DNA of 64,000 nucleotides from Candidatus Omnitrophota bacterium (GTDB taxonomy: Bacteria > Omnitrophota > Gorgyraeia > Zapsychrales > JANLHA01), in the NCBI GenBank assembly GCA_020632555.1, contig JACKFI010000002.1, positions 2,621 to 66,620 on the forward strand, written 5' to 3'. The stretch's first letter is position 1; each line of letters begins with the position of its first letter. The position numbers and the translations under genes were made by a program. Shown one piece after another: positions 36,447 to 44,426 of this stretch. The notes beneath the pieces were generated by a model, which ran no database searches, had not been told where the DNA came from, and saw only the letters and a program-made list of their open reading frames with translations.

Positions 36447-36566
36447 TCTCCATTTTGCACCGGGGTTGGTCAAGACCACTGTCCCTGCTTCAACCTATGG
36501 TTGAGGGAGAGTGGTCTTGGACGAATTGGAACGCGAAGCGTTTCAAAACCCCAAACAAAATGGAGA
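36447..36566. other. 120-nt element predicted to fold as a three-way junction; function unknown
   Basis: Outer stem 36447..36457 with 36556..36566, plus GGGGTT/AACCCC (36462..67 with 36547..52). Long hairpin 36471..36519: 15 bp with one mismatch, plus an inner 6-bp stem and a TAT loop. Short hairpin 36528..36544 with a GAA loop. Confidence 0.5.
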
Positions 36567-36792
36567 GTTACGAATCCTAAAAATTACAAACGCACTACAA
36601 AAAGTAACAAAATTGTAATGAATTTGTAATCTAAACATTGGGGGAGTTTTCTGACCTTCATATTATGAGAGAACAAGGTTCAAATTTTATACATTGCAAT
36701 TAAATAATTTACACTAACCCATCAAAACGATGTGCCAAATCTGTGTCATGTTAGAGTTGTTAGCAAAGCTACGTCAGAACCAACACAGGATA

Positions 36793-37227
36793 TCAATCGA
36801 CTTTTTGAAGGCTTAGCCAACCTTCAATTTTTCTCCTAATCTCCTCACGAACGGCTCTGGTCTTGGCAATTTTTTCTTCCCAAGTCCCTTCAAACTTTGA
36901 CGGATCGGTAAATCCCCAATGAAGTCTCTTGGCAATCCCGGGAAATATTGGGCAACGTTCTGCGCTCGTTTCATCGCAGACCGTAATCACATAACTGTAT
37001 AATTTACCCTGTTTAAGAAGATCCATGACAGCTTGGGTCTTCTTTCCGGAAATATCAATCCCCTCCTCTTTCAACACTTCGACCACAACCGGATTTAACT
37101 TGCCCGGTTCAATGCCAGCGCTTTCGACCTCAAAACGATCCCCAGCCAACTTTCGCAATAGCTCTTCGGCCATTTGGCTTCTGGCAGAGTTGTGAATACA
37201 CACAAATAATACTTTGTCTTTTGACAT
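36793..37227 (-). CDS. arsC: Arsenate reductase, LMW-PTP (thioredoxin-coupled) type
   Basis: 144 aa. [16 protein letters not shown] is the P-loop CX5R, with downstream Cys residues ([10 protein letters not shown]). Confidence 0.88.
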   Translation of the reverse strand: MSKDKVLFVCIHNSARSQMAEELLRKLAGDRFEVESAGIEPGKLNPVVVEVLKEEGIDISGKKTQAVMDLLKQGKLYSYVITVCDETSAERCPIFPGIAKRLHWGFTDPSKFEGTWEEKIAKTRAVREEIRRKIEGWLSLQKVD

Positions 37228-37300
37228 TTTGACCCTCTCCTTTTACAGTTTATACCGCGCTAAAAATAAGGGGAGTAACTTATGATAACATTGCTTACCC

Positions 37301-37858
37301 CTACTTGATTGCTGAACACCAACTATCAATTTTTTCCTTTATGGCGTCACGCATGACTCTGGTTTGCTGCAATCTCTCTTCTTTACTGCCAACAAATGCT
37401 GATGGATCAGCGAAATTCCATCTGATGCGTTCGCATTCGCCGGAGAAAGCGGGACATTGTTCAGCGCTTGCTTCATCACAAACAGTAATGACAAAATCAA
37501 AAGATATGTCTATTTTGACAAGATCAAAAACGTTTTGTGTCTTTTTATTAGATATATCAATCCCTACCTCTTGCATCACTTCAACCGCCAAAGGGTTTAA
37601 TAACCCGGGTTCTAGTCCTGCACTTTGTGCATAAAAGGAATCTCCATGCAGATAATTTAACAAGGCTTCGGCTATTTGACTACGTGCTGAATTGTGGACG
37701 CACACAAATAGAACCCTCTTTTTTATTTTGCCACCAAAAAATGAATACACCTTTCTCCAAAAACCCGGCCTCTTTGCCGGTAAATGGATGAGATCTTTCG
37801 TGGCGAAGAAATTCTTCCAGAAGCTATCTAACTCATTATCCATAGCACTTCCTATCAA
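37301..37858 (-). CDS. arsC: Second LMW-PTP-type arsenate reductase, with an N-terminal extension of about 45 aa
   Basis: 185 aa. VLFVCVHNSARSQIAE and CDEASAEQCP. The N-terminal extension has no recognisable motif. Confidence 0.8.
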   Translation of the reverse strand: MIGSAMDNELDSFWKNFFATKDLIHLPAKRPGFWRKVYSFFGGKIKKRVLFVCVHNSARSQIAEALLNYLHGDSFYAQSAGLEPGLLNPLAVEVMQEVGIDISNKKTQNVFDLVKIDISFDFVITVCDEASAEQCPAFSGECERIRWNFADPSAFVGSKEERLQQTRVMRDAIKEKIDSWCSAIK

Positions 37859-37984
37859 ATCTCAACAATTGAAGTCCAGAAACTTTTCTCTTCAAACAGT
37901 ACTTATTCTAAATTCTTTGTTTTTTCAAAATTCTCCCAAAACTTCTTACTTTTCTCTTCTTCCGTTTCCATAATCACTAAACAC

Positions 37985-39073
37985 TCAGGAGCAACAAGAT
38001 TTCTCAATTTCAGCCTTTTTTTGAAAAAATCGTGCAACATGAACCAATAACAACATGACCGGCACTTCAATCAATGGCCCGATGACTGTCGCAAATGCTT
38101 GCAAAGAATTGATCCCAAAGATCGCTACCGCGACCGCGATCGCCAGCTCAAAATCATTACTCGCCGCTGTAAATGACACCGCTGTTGCTTCAGCATGATT
38201 TGACTGTAATTTTCTTGAAAACCAATACGCTACAAACCACATGACAATAAAATAAATCGTCAAAGGCACTGCGATCCGAACGACGTCCAATGGCAAGCGA
38301 ACGATATACTCACCTTTGAGCGAAAACATGACAAAGATCGTGAAAAGAAGTGCGACCAGCGTGATCGGGCTAATACGTGGAATGTAAACTTTGTCGAACC
38401 ACTCCTGCCCCTTCATTTTGATCAACGCAAAACGACTGACCACACCCGCAAAGAACGGAATTCCGAGATAGATCAAAACAGTCTTGGCCGACTCCAGCAT
38501 CGACACCTGAATATTCACCCCCTTAACCAAGCCAAAGAAATTTAGCGCAAATGTAATAAACACATAAATATAGACTGCATAAAGAAGCACTTGAAAAACA
38601 GCATTAAAAGCCACCAGGCCGGCAGCCAGCTCTCTGTCTCCGTCAGATAGATCATTCCAAACAATCACCATAGCAATACATCGCGCAAGGCCGACAAGAA
38701 TAACGCCGATCATATACTCTGGATAATTGTGCAAGAAAATCACAGCCAAAATAAACATCACAATTGGCCCAACGACCCAGTTTTGCAGTAGTGACAATCC
38801 TAAAAGTTTTTTGTTTTGAAAAACTTTCCCGATCTCTTCATATTTCACTTTTGCCAATGGCGGGTACATCATCAGGATCAATCCAATCGCAATGGGTATA
38901 TTCGTCGTGCCCGCCTGAAATTTATTCCAGAATACAGCGATGCTAGGGATAAAATATCCAACGCCCACTCCAATCGCCATAGCTAAAAGAATCCATAATG
39001 TCAAATAACGATCAAGAAACGACAACTGTTTAGTTGGCGGCCATGGATTAAGTGCCTCGACATTAATTGCCAT
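37985..39073 (-). CDS. acr3: ACR3-family arsenite efflux permease
   Basis: Start set at [20 protein letters not shown] and 10 TM segments are typical of Acr3/ArsB(ACR3). Confidence 0.88.
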   Translation of the reverse strand: MAINVEALNPWPPTKQLSFLDRYLTLWILLAMAIGVGVGYFIPSIAVFWNKFQAGTTNIPIAIGLILMMYPPLAKVKYEEIGKVFQNKKLLGLSLLQNWVVGPIVMFILAVIFLHNYPEYMIGVILVGLARCIAMVIVWNDLSDGDRELAAGLVAFNAVFQVLLYAVYIYVFITFALNFFGLVKGVNIQVSMLESAKTVLIYLGIPFFAGVVSRFALIKMKGQEWFDKVYIPRISPITLVALLFTIFVMFSLKGEYIVRLPLDVVRIAVPLTIYFIVMWFVAYWFSRKLQSNHAEATAVSFTAASNDFELAIAVAVAIFGINSLQAFATVIGPLIEVPVMLLLVHVARFFQKKAEIEKSCCS

Positions 39074-39077
39074 ATTT

Positions 39078-40838
39078 CTATTTCCTTCCATTAATTGAAT
39101 CTTCCGAAATATTGACCATCCAAGGCAAAACAACCGTTCGTTTAGAAAGCTTATTTGCCGTTTCGTTGATAAACGTCAACTCATGAAAACCCTTGGCACA
39201 TATCAAAGGGTCTTTCGATCCGGAAACAGCAAAATTCCGGTTAATGACCCATCCAAATGGATTAATACCGGCTCTTTGTAAATCAACTTGCAATGCCTCG
39301 GCTTCATGCGTCGGAGTTGCTTCTGCCAAAGAAATGATTACAAGCTTTGTAAACTTGGGATCGCGAATGCGAGGCAATAATTCCTTAACATCATCTGACA
39401 TATTATCCGTCGATTTAGCAACCTGCCTGTGATAAGACTCGGTCGCGTCCAATAGCAGAAGTGTGTGTCCCGTCGGCGCTGTGTCGAGAACAATAAATTG
39501 ATTTTCACCTTTTGCAACGGTTTGCGCAAAAGCCTTAAACACCGCAATCTCTTCAATACAGGGAGAACGCATTTCTTCTTCAAGAAGTTCCATATCTTCT
39601 CTCGATAATTTCTCCCTGTTTTCCTTCAAGACACTTTCAACATATTTCCGTGTTTCGATCTTAGGGTCAATCTTATCAATAGAAAGATTGGCAATTTCTG
39701 TCTTAATGACTTTAGCAATATGCGCGGCGGGGTCTGTTGTCGATAATAAGACCTTGTGGCCGCGACTAGCAAGCTCGACTGTTATCATAGCCGCAACCGT
39801 CGTCTTACCCACTCCGCCTTTTCCCATAGTCATAATGACCCCGGAACCATCGTTCTCGAGGCTCGACATAAATTCTGACCATTTACAGGTATTCTTTAGC
39901 GCTTCGGAAAGCTCCTCTTTCAATTTGGCTATAACTTTTAACTCGGGAGCATGAGTTTTATCATCCAGCATATTTCGTAAAGCCTCAATTCCGACTACTC
40001 CCTGCGACCTAAAATTTATAATTGTCTTATCGAGATGCTTTATTTCATCAGGCACATTTTGCATTGCTAACGCCGATGTTAAAGCAAAGGCTTTTGCGAT
40101 TTCATCCTCTGAGGAAGTTTTAAAAACTCCATTAATCACAAGCCTCTGATTATTTAATCCCAATAAACCAAGCTCCCCACTTGCCCTCGCCGCCTCATCC
40201 AGACTCATTTTCTCCGGTCTTGATACTAAGACAAGAGTCGTCTGCTTGGGATTCTTAAGCTCATCTACAACCGCTTGATAAAGATGCTGCTGTTCTTTTA
40301 GGCCGGATAAAGGGCCCAGACAAGAGCTGCTAGCTTTATTGGATGCAATAAAATCACTCCATGCCGACGGAAGATTCAAAAGCCGAAGCGTGTGTCCGGT
40401 AGGCGCCGTATCTAAAATAAGGTGGTCATATTCGATACTAGCTTCTTTAAGACCTATGAATTTTGAGAACTCATTAAACCCAGCAATCTCGACGGTACAA
40501 GCCCCCGAAAGCTGTTCCTCCATCTGCTTGATTGATTCATCGGGTAAAACTCCTTTGTATGGATCAATCATGCGCCTTCGATATTCCTCAGCCGCCTTAA
40601 CGGGATTAATGTTCATGGCATGAAGGTTGGCAACATTAGCAACTGCAGTTGGCGTCGATGACAACTTTGTCTCTAAAACTTCATCAAGATTTGACGCGGG
40701 ATCTGTGCTGATCAGTAAAACTTTTTTGCCTGAATCGGCAAGCCCAACGGCAACGGCACACGATACGGAGGTCTTTCCAACTCCGCCTTTTCCGGTAAAG
40801 AATAGGAAACGGGTTGCTTCCTCCATTAAAGTTTTCAT
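39078..40838 (-). CDS. arsA: Arsenite-stimulated ATPase ArsA (two homologous halves)
   Basis: Two P-loops ([11 protein letters not shown]; [11 protein letters not shown]) and two DTAPTGHTL signal-transduction motifs. The start overlaps the arsD stop (TGATG). Confidence 0.92.
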   Translation of the reverse strand: MKTLMEEATRFLFFTGKGGVGKTSVSCAVAVGLADSGKKVLLISTDPASNLDEVLETKLSSTPTAVANVANLHAMNINPVKAAEEYRRRMIDPYKGVLPDESIKQMEEQLSGACTVEIAGFNEFSKFIGLKEASIEYDHLILDTAPTGHTLRLLNLPSAWSDFIASNKASSSCLGPLSGLKEQQHLYQAVVDELKNPKQTTLVLVSRPEKMSLDEAARASGELGLLGLNNQRLVINGVFKTSSEDEIAKAFALTSALAMQNVPDEIKHLDKTIINFRSQGVVGIEALRNMLDDKTHAPELKVIAKLKEELSEALKNTCKWSEFMSSLENDGSGVIMTMGKGGVGKTTVAAMITVELASRGHKVLLSTTDPAAHIAKVIKTEIANLSIDKIDPKIETRKYVESVLKENREKLSREDMELLEEEMRSPCIEEIAVFKAFAQTVAKGENQFIVLDTAPTGHTLLLLDATESYHRQVAKSTDNMSDDVKELLPRIRDPKFTKLVIISLAEATPTHEAEALQVDLQRAGINPFGWVINRNFAVSGSKDPLICAKGFHELTFINETANKLSKRTVVLPWMVNISEDSINGRK

Positions 40839-41194
40839 CAGCAACACCCGTCTCCCCCGCAGCAACTGCTCTTCTTGTTAGGCTGCGCTTTTTGATCGAG
40901 CTTGAATGTTTTCAGAATTTCTGCCGCGGATGGAATTTCCCCTGACCACTTGAGCTCATCATCAACAAAAATAAACGGCAAAGCGCTTTGTCCTTTTTCA
41001 GCCAGGAGCTTCTTAACATTAGGGTTTGCAACAAAAGCTTGCGGCTCCTGAGACATATTAAAACGCCGAACAACTACACCAGAGCTCGAGAGCGTCTTTA
41101 AAACGCTGGCGAACTCAACCAGCTTTTTATCAACCGTTGTTCCGCATACTCCGCTTGAACAACACATTGGCGGATCATAGATTTCAATTTTCAT
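40838..41194 (-). CDS. arsD: Arsenic metallochaperone/repressor ArsD
   Basis: MKIEIYDPPMCCSSGVCG is the canonical ArsD N-terminus. The C-terminus has a CCGGDGCC tail. Confidence 0.9.
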   Translation of the reverse strand: MKIEIYDPPMCCSSGVCGTTVDKKLVEFASVLKTLSSSGVVVRRFNMSQEPQAFVANPNVKKLLAEKGQSALPFIFVDDELKWSGEIPSAAEILKTFKLDQKAQPNKKSSCCGGDGCC

Positions 41195-41210
41195 ATCTGA
41201 CTCCTAATTT

Positions 41211-41999
41211 TTAAGGTTTCACCGCATGGACTTTGATGCTTGCAATTGAATTTTCTACCTCTTTTATTTTCGTATCGATAACCATCGCGTCAACAGGATA
41301 ACCGCTCTGGCTAACAACCCTAATATCCTTAAAACCTGCCTCTTCAATACAGTGAAGATAGGCATCTTTCATTTCAGCACCGGCAAGACATCCCACGTAA
41401 GCCTCAACCGAATTTTTGACAGCTTCCGGCAAGTTTTTTATCAGAACAAGATCCGAAACCATCAACCGACCTTTGGGCTTGAGAACCCGGAATGCTTCCC
41501 TAAATACCTTGTTCTTCTCTGGAGATAGATTAATCACGCAATTAGAAATGATCACATCAACAGAATTGTCTACTACTGGAATTGACTCTATTTCGCCATG
41601 CCGAAATTCGACATTGCTATAACCTCCCTTTCGAGCATTATTCTTCGCCCGGTCAATCATCTCCTGAGTCATATCAACTCCGATAACATGTCCAGTCTTA
41701 CCAACTTTCTTGGCCGCAAGAAATACATCAAATCCAGCGCCGCTTCCCAGATCGAGAACCACATCGCCCTCCTGTAAAGAGGCAATAGCAACCGGATTAC
41801 CGCAGCCAAGTCCCAAAATGGCACCATCAGGCACTGTGGAAATATCTTCCTCACTGTAGCCAACGGTTTTGCTGATATTATGAGCGGTAGAGGAAGGTAA
41901 ACAGCACCCGCCGGATGAACAACAAGAAATTCCCTGTTGGGCGACTTTAGCATAACCATCCCTAACCATCTTCCTAATATTTTTTGATTTGCCTTCCAT
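41211..41999 (-). CDS. arsM: Arsenite S-adenosylmethionine methyltransferase ArsM
   Basis: Start set at MEGKSKNIRKMVRDGYAKVA, with AAGGTG upstream. Cys pairs (CCSSGGCC), the SAM motif VLDLGSGAGFD, and NCVINLS. The longer track ORF (to 42092) runs into IS sequence. Confidence 0.88.
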   Translation of the reverse strand: MEGKSKNIRKMVRDGYAKVAQQGISCCSSGGCCLPSSTAHNISKTVGYSEEDISTVPDGAILGLGCGNPVAIASLQEGDVVLDLGSGAGFDVFLAAKKVGKTGHVIGVDMTQEMIDRAKNNARKGGYSNVEFRHGEIESIPVVDNSVDVIISNCVINLSPEKNKVFREAFRVLKPKGRLMVSDLVLIKNLPEAVKNSVEAYVGCLAGAEMKDAYLHCIEEAGFKDIRVVSQSGYPVDAMVIDTKIKEVENSIASIKVHAVKP

Positions 42000-42103
42000 A
42001 AATACACCTTGTATTATTTCACAACCTGGACCTTCCCCCCAAAAACTGTACCACTTGCAATTAGAGTTGGGTCGTGATAAAACCAACCGCAAGGAGGTAC
42101 AAG

Positions 42104-42370
42104 ATGAAAGGGAAGCGATTTTCAGCCGAGCAAATTATCAACGTTCTCAAAGAATCCGATGCCGGGGTAAAGCCTGCGGATCTGTGCCGCAAGTACGGCA
42201 TCAGCGAGGCCACGTATTATCACTGGAAGGCCAAGTACGGCAATATGACCGTCAGCGATGCCAGGCGGCTTAAAGAACTCGAGCAAGAAAACAGCCGCCT
42301 AAAGAAGCTGGTAGCTGATCAGGCTCTTGACATCCAGATGCTCAAAGAGGTCTGCTCAAAAAACTTCTAA
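42104..42370 (+). CDS. IS3-family transposase OrfA
   Basis: MKGKRFSAEQIINVLKE.DAG....LCRKYGISEATYYHWKAKYG, then a leucine zipper. AAGGAGG lies upstream. Confidence 0.88.
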   Translation: MKGKRFSAEQIINVLKESDAGVKPADLCRKYGISEATYYHWKAKYGNMTVSDARRLKELEQENSRLKKLVADQALDIQMLKEVCSKNF

Positions 42371-42390
42371 CGCCCGAAGCCAGGCGCAAA

Positions 42391-43221
42391 GTGGTCAGAC
42401 ATTTAATGGCTCTCTTCGGGCGGAGCCAGAGACGAATCTGTTCATTGATAGGCATTCAAAGATCGACGTTGCATTATCGACCCAAACTGAAAAATGATAA
42501 CCAGCTCCGTCAACGCCTGCGGGAATTGGCGCAGAAGCATCGTCGCAGGGGATGCCCGCATTTGCACCGCATCCTGCGTCGCGAAAAACTGGTCATCAAC
42601 CATAAACGCACCGAGCGTATTTACCTGGAGGAAAACCTGTCCATTAGACGGAAAAAGCGTAAGAAGACGGCTTCCCAGTTGCGCATTCAAATCCCTGATG
42701 CGGCGCGTCCCAATCAGCAATGGGCGATGGATTTTATGTCGGACGCGTTGTTTAACGGCCGTAAAATCCGGCTGTTGACCTTAATCGACGAATACACCCG
42801 TGAATGCCTAGCCATTGAAGTTGATACCTCGATCAACGGTGTCCGGGTGACCGGCATCTTAAGCCGAGTGGCTATGATGCGTGGTCTGCCGGAGATTATC
42901 AAAGTCGACAACGGGCCCGAGTTTATCGGCAAGGCTTTGGATGCCTGGGCGTATCAGCGGCAGATTCATCTTCAATTTTCCAGACCTGGTAAACCCGTTG
43001 ACAATAGATTCATCGAAAGTTTCAACGGCCGATTTCGGGAAGAATGTCTCAACGACAATTGGTTCATGAGTTTGCAGGATGCTCGGGATATCGTCGAAAC
43101 GTGGCGTCTGGATTACAACACGGCTAGGCCGCATGGCTCTTTGAATGATCTGACACCCGAAGAATTTGTTAACAAAGAACAGAAAAAACTCCAACTCAAC
43201 TTGGTACAGTCAATGGGGTAA
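42391..43221 (+). CDS. IS3-family transposase OrfB (DDE/rve core)
   Basis: In the -1 frame relative to OrfA. Motifs: WAMDFMSD, KVDNGPEF, GKPVDNRFIESFNGRFREECL. Confidence 0.88.
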   Translation: MVRHLMALFGRSQRRICSLIGIQRSTLHYRPKLKNDNQLRQRLRELAQKHRRRGCPHLHRILRREKLVINHKRTERIYLEENLSIRRKKRKKTASQLRIQIPDAARPNQQWAMDFMSDALFNGRKIRLLTLIDEYTRECLAIEVDTSINGVRVTGILSRVAMMRGLPEIIKVDNGPEFIGKALDAWAYQRQIHLQFSRPGKPVDNRFIESFNGRFREECLNDNWFMSLQDARDIVETWRLDYNTARPHGSLNDLTPEEFVNKEQKKLQLNLVQSMG

Positions 43222-43288
43222 GGTCCACCTAACCAAAGATCATCCCGCTGATCATCGCAATGATGATAACAAGACGTGAATAAAAGCA

Positions 43289-43627
43289 TTACTTACTACA
43301 TAACTTAGTTCGCTCAGCCTTTTTCAACCGCTCCAAATCTGCTTTAATAACTTTGTCATTTTTAAGAAATGACTTAACACTCTTAAGAATTACACCTGCC
43401 TTAGAGTTCTTTATTAAAAAATAATTAGTCCAAAACCCATCCTGCTCATCCGCAATCAATCCAGTCTCCTTTATCCGCTTTAAATGCCGCGAAATGCTTG
43501 GCTGAGTCACCTGCAATACAAAAGCAAGTTCACAGACGCACATCTTCCGCTGCAAGAGGAGATTCAAAATCCTCAATCGGTTCTTATCAGCAAATATTTT
43601 AAAAAGTTTTTCTGTTGTTGTTAGCAT
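43289..43627 (-). CDS. arsR: ArsR-family arsenic-responsive repressor
   Basis: 112 aa. FKIFADKNRLRILNLL...MCVCELAFVLQVTQPSISRHL carries the CVC As(III) site in the HTH. Confidence 0.88.
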   Translation of the reverse strand: MLTTTEKLFKIFADKNRLRILNLLLQRKMCVCELAFVLQVTQPSISRHLKRIKETGLIADEQDGFWTNYFLIKNSKAGVILKSVKSFLKNDKVIKADLERLKKAERTKLCSK

Positions 43628-43630
43628 ATC

Positions 43631-43679
43631 TATATAACCATTCTGTTATATACATTAACAGAGTCAGTCTAATTGTCAA
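43631..43679 (-). promoter_or_regulatory. Proximal ars promoter with a palindromic operator
   Basis: The minus strand reads TTGACA (43674..43679), a 16-nt spacer, then TAATGT (43652..43657). It is immediately followed by the perfect palindrome TATATAAC-N6-GTTATATA (43631..43652), ending 3 nt before the arsR ATG. Confidence 0.6.
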
Positions 43680-43721
43680 GTTTCAATTTCTCAAGATGCA
43701 TCGACAAATCTCTAGCCAAGA

Positions 43722-43774
43722 TATATAGAAGGACGGGGTAGGGGTGTCAAAGGGGGATTTCGGTTTTGGGGATC
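43722..43774 (-). promoter_or_regulatory. Promoter-like module B
   Basis: The minus strand reads GATCCCCAAAACCGAAATCCCCCTTTGACACCCCT, with -35 TTGACA (43745..43750), a 17-nt spacer and TATATA (43722..43727). It is about 85 percent identical to module C over roughly 55 nt. Confidence 0.5.
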
Positions 43775-43973
43775 AGGAATTCTTATCGGCACGAACCCCT
43801 CGTGTCTTAGAGTGCCCTTTAATCGCTCCACGCGTCCCCTTGTGGCAACAAAGTTGCAACTTCCCTCCTTTTCTTTTGGTGGGAACAGGCAAAAGATTCT
43901 AAAAAACCTCAAATTTTCGCTGGGGGGGTTTTCGAAAAAGATCCTATCACTGCATCAAAATTTCTATTGGGGA

Positions 43974-44048
43974 TATATAAAAGCCGGGGGCAGGGGTGTC
44001 TAAGGGGGGATTTCGGTTTTGGGGATCGCCGTGTCCAAAAAGTGTCCA
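43974..44048 (-). promoter_or_regulatory. Promoter-like module C plus a GTGTCCA heptamer pair
   Basis: The minus strand reads TGGACAC-TTTT-TGGACAC (44031..44048), then GATCCCCAAAACCGAAATCCCCCCTTAGACACCCCT, with TAGACA (43997..44002), a 17-nt spacer and TATATA (43974..43979). Confidence 0.45.
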
Positions 44049-44169
44049 TCTTTGGTTAAAACTGATGACACTTGGTAAAACATGATAAAAATAAAAATGG
44101 CCCTATCCTCGTCGGGAGATCCTCAACTTTGAATCATTTCAAACGGTTACAAAATACGCCTTAATCGCA

Positions 44170-44209
44170 TCCCAAAGCAAGTGCGCTAGCCAGCTGCGCT
44201 ACTCCCCGT
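44170..44209. repeat. Right att repeat: an orphan 5' half of tRNA-Pro
   Basis: Identical to 53..92. On the minus strand it reads CGGGGAGTAGCGCAGCTGGCTAGCGCACTTGCTTTGGGA and then diverges, so there is no anticodon 3' stem or T arm. Confidence 0.9.
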
Positions 44210-44317
44210 TAAAAATCAATTAAAGTTAACATCCAGATTATCCCGCATCGCGGGATCCCCGTTAAACCAATCAAAACTAACATTCAGATTATCCCGCCTT
44301 GCGGGATCCCCGTTAAA
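44204..44317. repeat. 2.2 tandem units of about 52 bp, each with a GC hairpin, abutting the att repeat
   Basis: Units at 44204..44256 and 44257..44307, plus a partial unit at 44308..44317. Each starts CCCCGTTAAA, the same bases as the tRNA 5' end, and carries ATCCCGC-N3-GCGGGAT. Confidence 0.8.
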
Positions 44318-44426
44318 AAAACTTAATACCACAATTCAATATTTCATAGCTTCTAAAAGTCGTTAGTATAGCACGAAAGCAGAAAATCTTAAAAAATACT
44401 TTTTAAATGCTGCACGCACAATACCT

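Larger units (their letters stand above)
42027..43227 (+). mobile_element. IS3-family insertion sequence (1201 bp) inserted between arsR and arsM
   Basis: Terminal inverted repeats TGGACCTTCCCCCCAAAAACTGTACCACTTG (left) and, reverse-complemented from the right end, TGGACCTTACCCCATTGACTGTACCAAGTTG. It has orfA/orfB with an A6C slippery run at 42358..42364. No unambiguous target duplication. Confidence 0.85.

Noticed and set aside
36447-36566. A NiCo/czcD-type metal riboswitch upstream of the czc-type operon.
   Set aside because: The element lies upstream of the predicted -35, so it would not be in the operon leader. I also cannot match it to the riboswitch consensus from memory. It needs an Infernal scan.
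41211-42092. Extended N-termini given in the ORF track. These include arsM to 42092, IS3 OrfA from 10968 and from 42074, arsA to 40865, acr3 to 39133, GalT-like to 60158, the P-II gene to 30112 and the His-rich protein to 26992.
   Set aside because: The extensions overlap the upstream gene or IS sequence and lack an SD. The internal ATG codons have good SDs or stop-start overlaps, and they restore canonical family N-termini.
43712-44003. ORFs 43712..43912 (minus) and 43812..44003 (plus) at the right end of the island.
   Set aside because: Both run through the duplicated promoter-like modules B and C. They encode low-complexity P/G/R-rich peptides and have no SD, so I treat the region as non-coding.
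44204-44317. The possibility that the tandem hairpin units form a CRISPR array.
   Set aside because: There are only 2.2 units. The intervals between hairpins are themselves homologous, so they are not unique spacers. No cas genes are present in the window.
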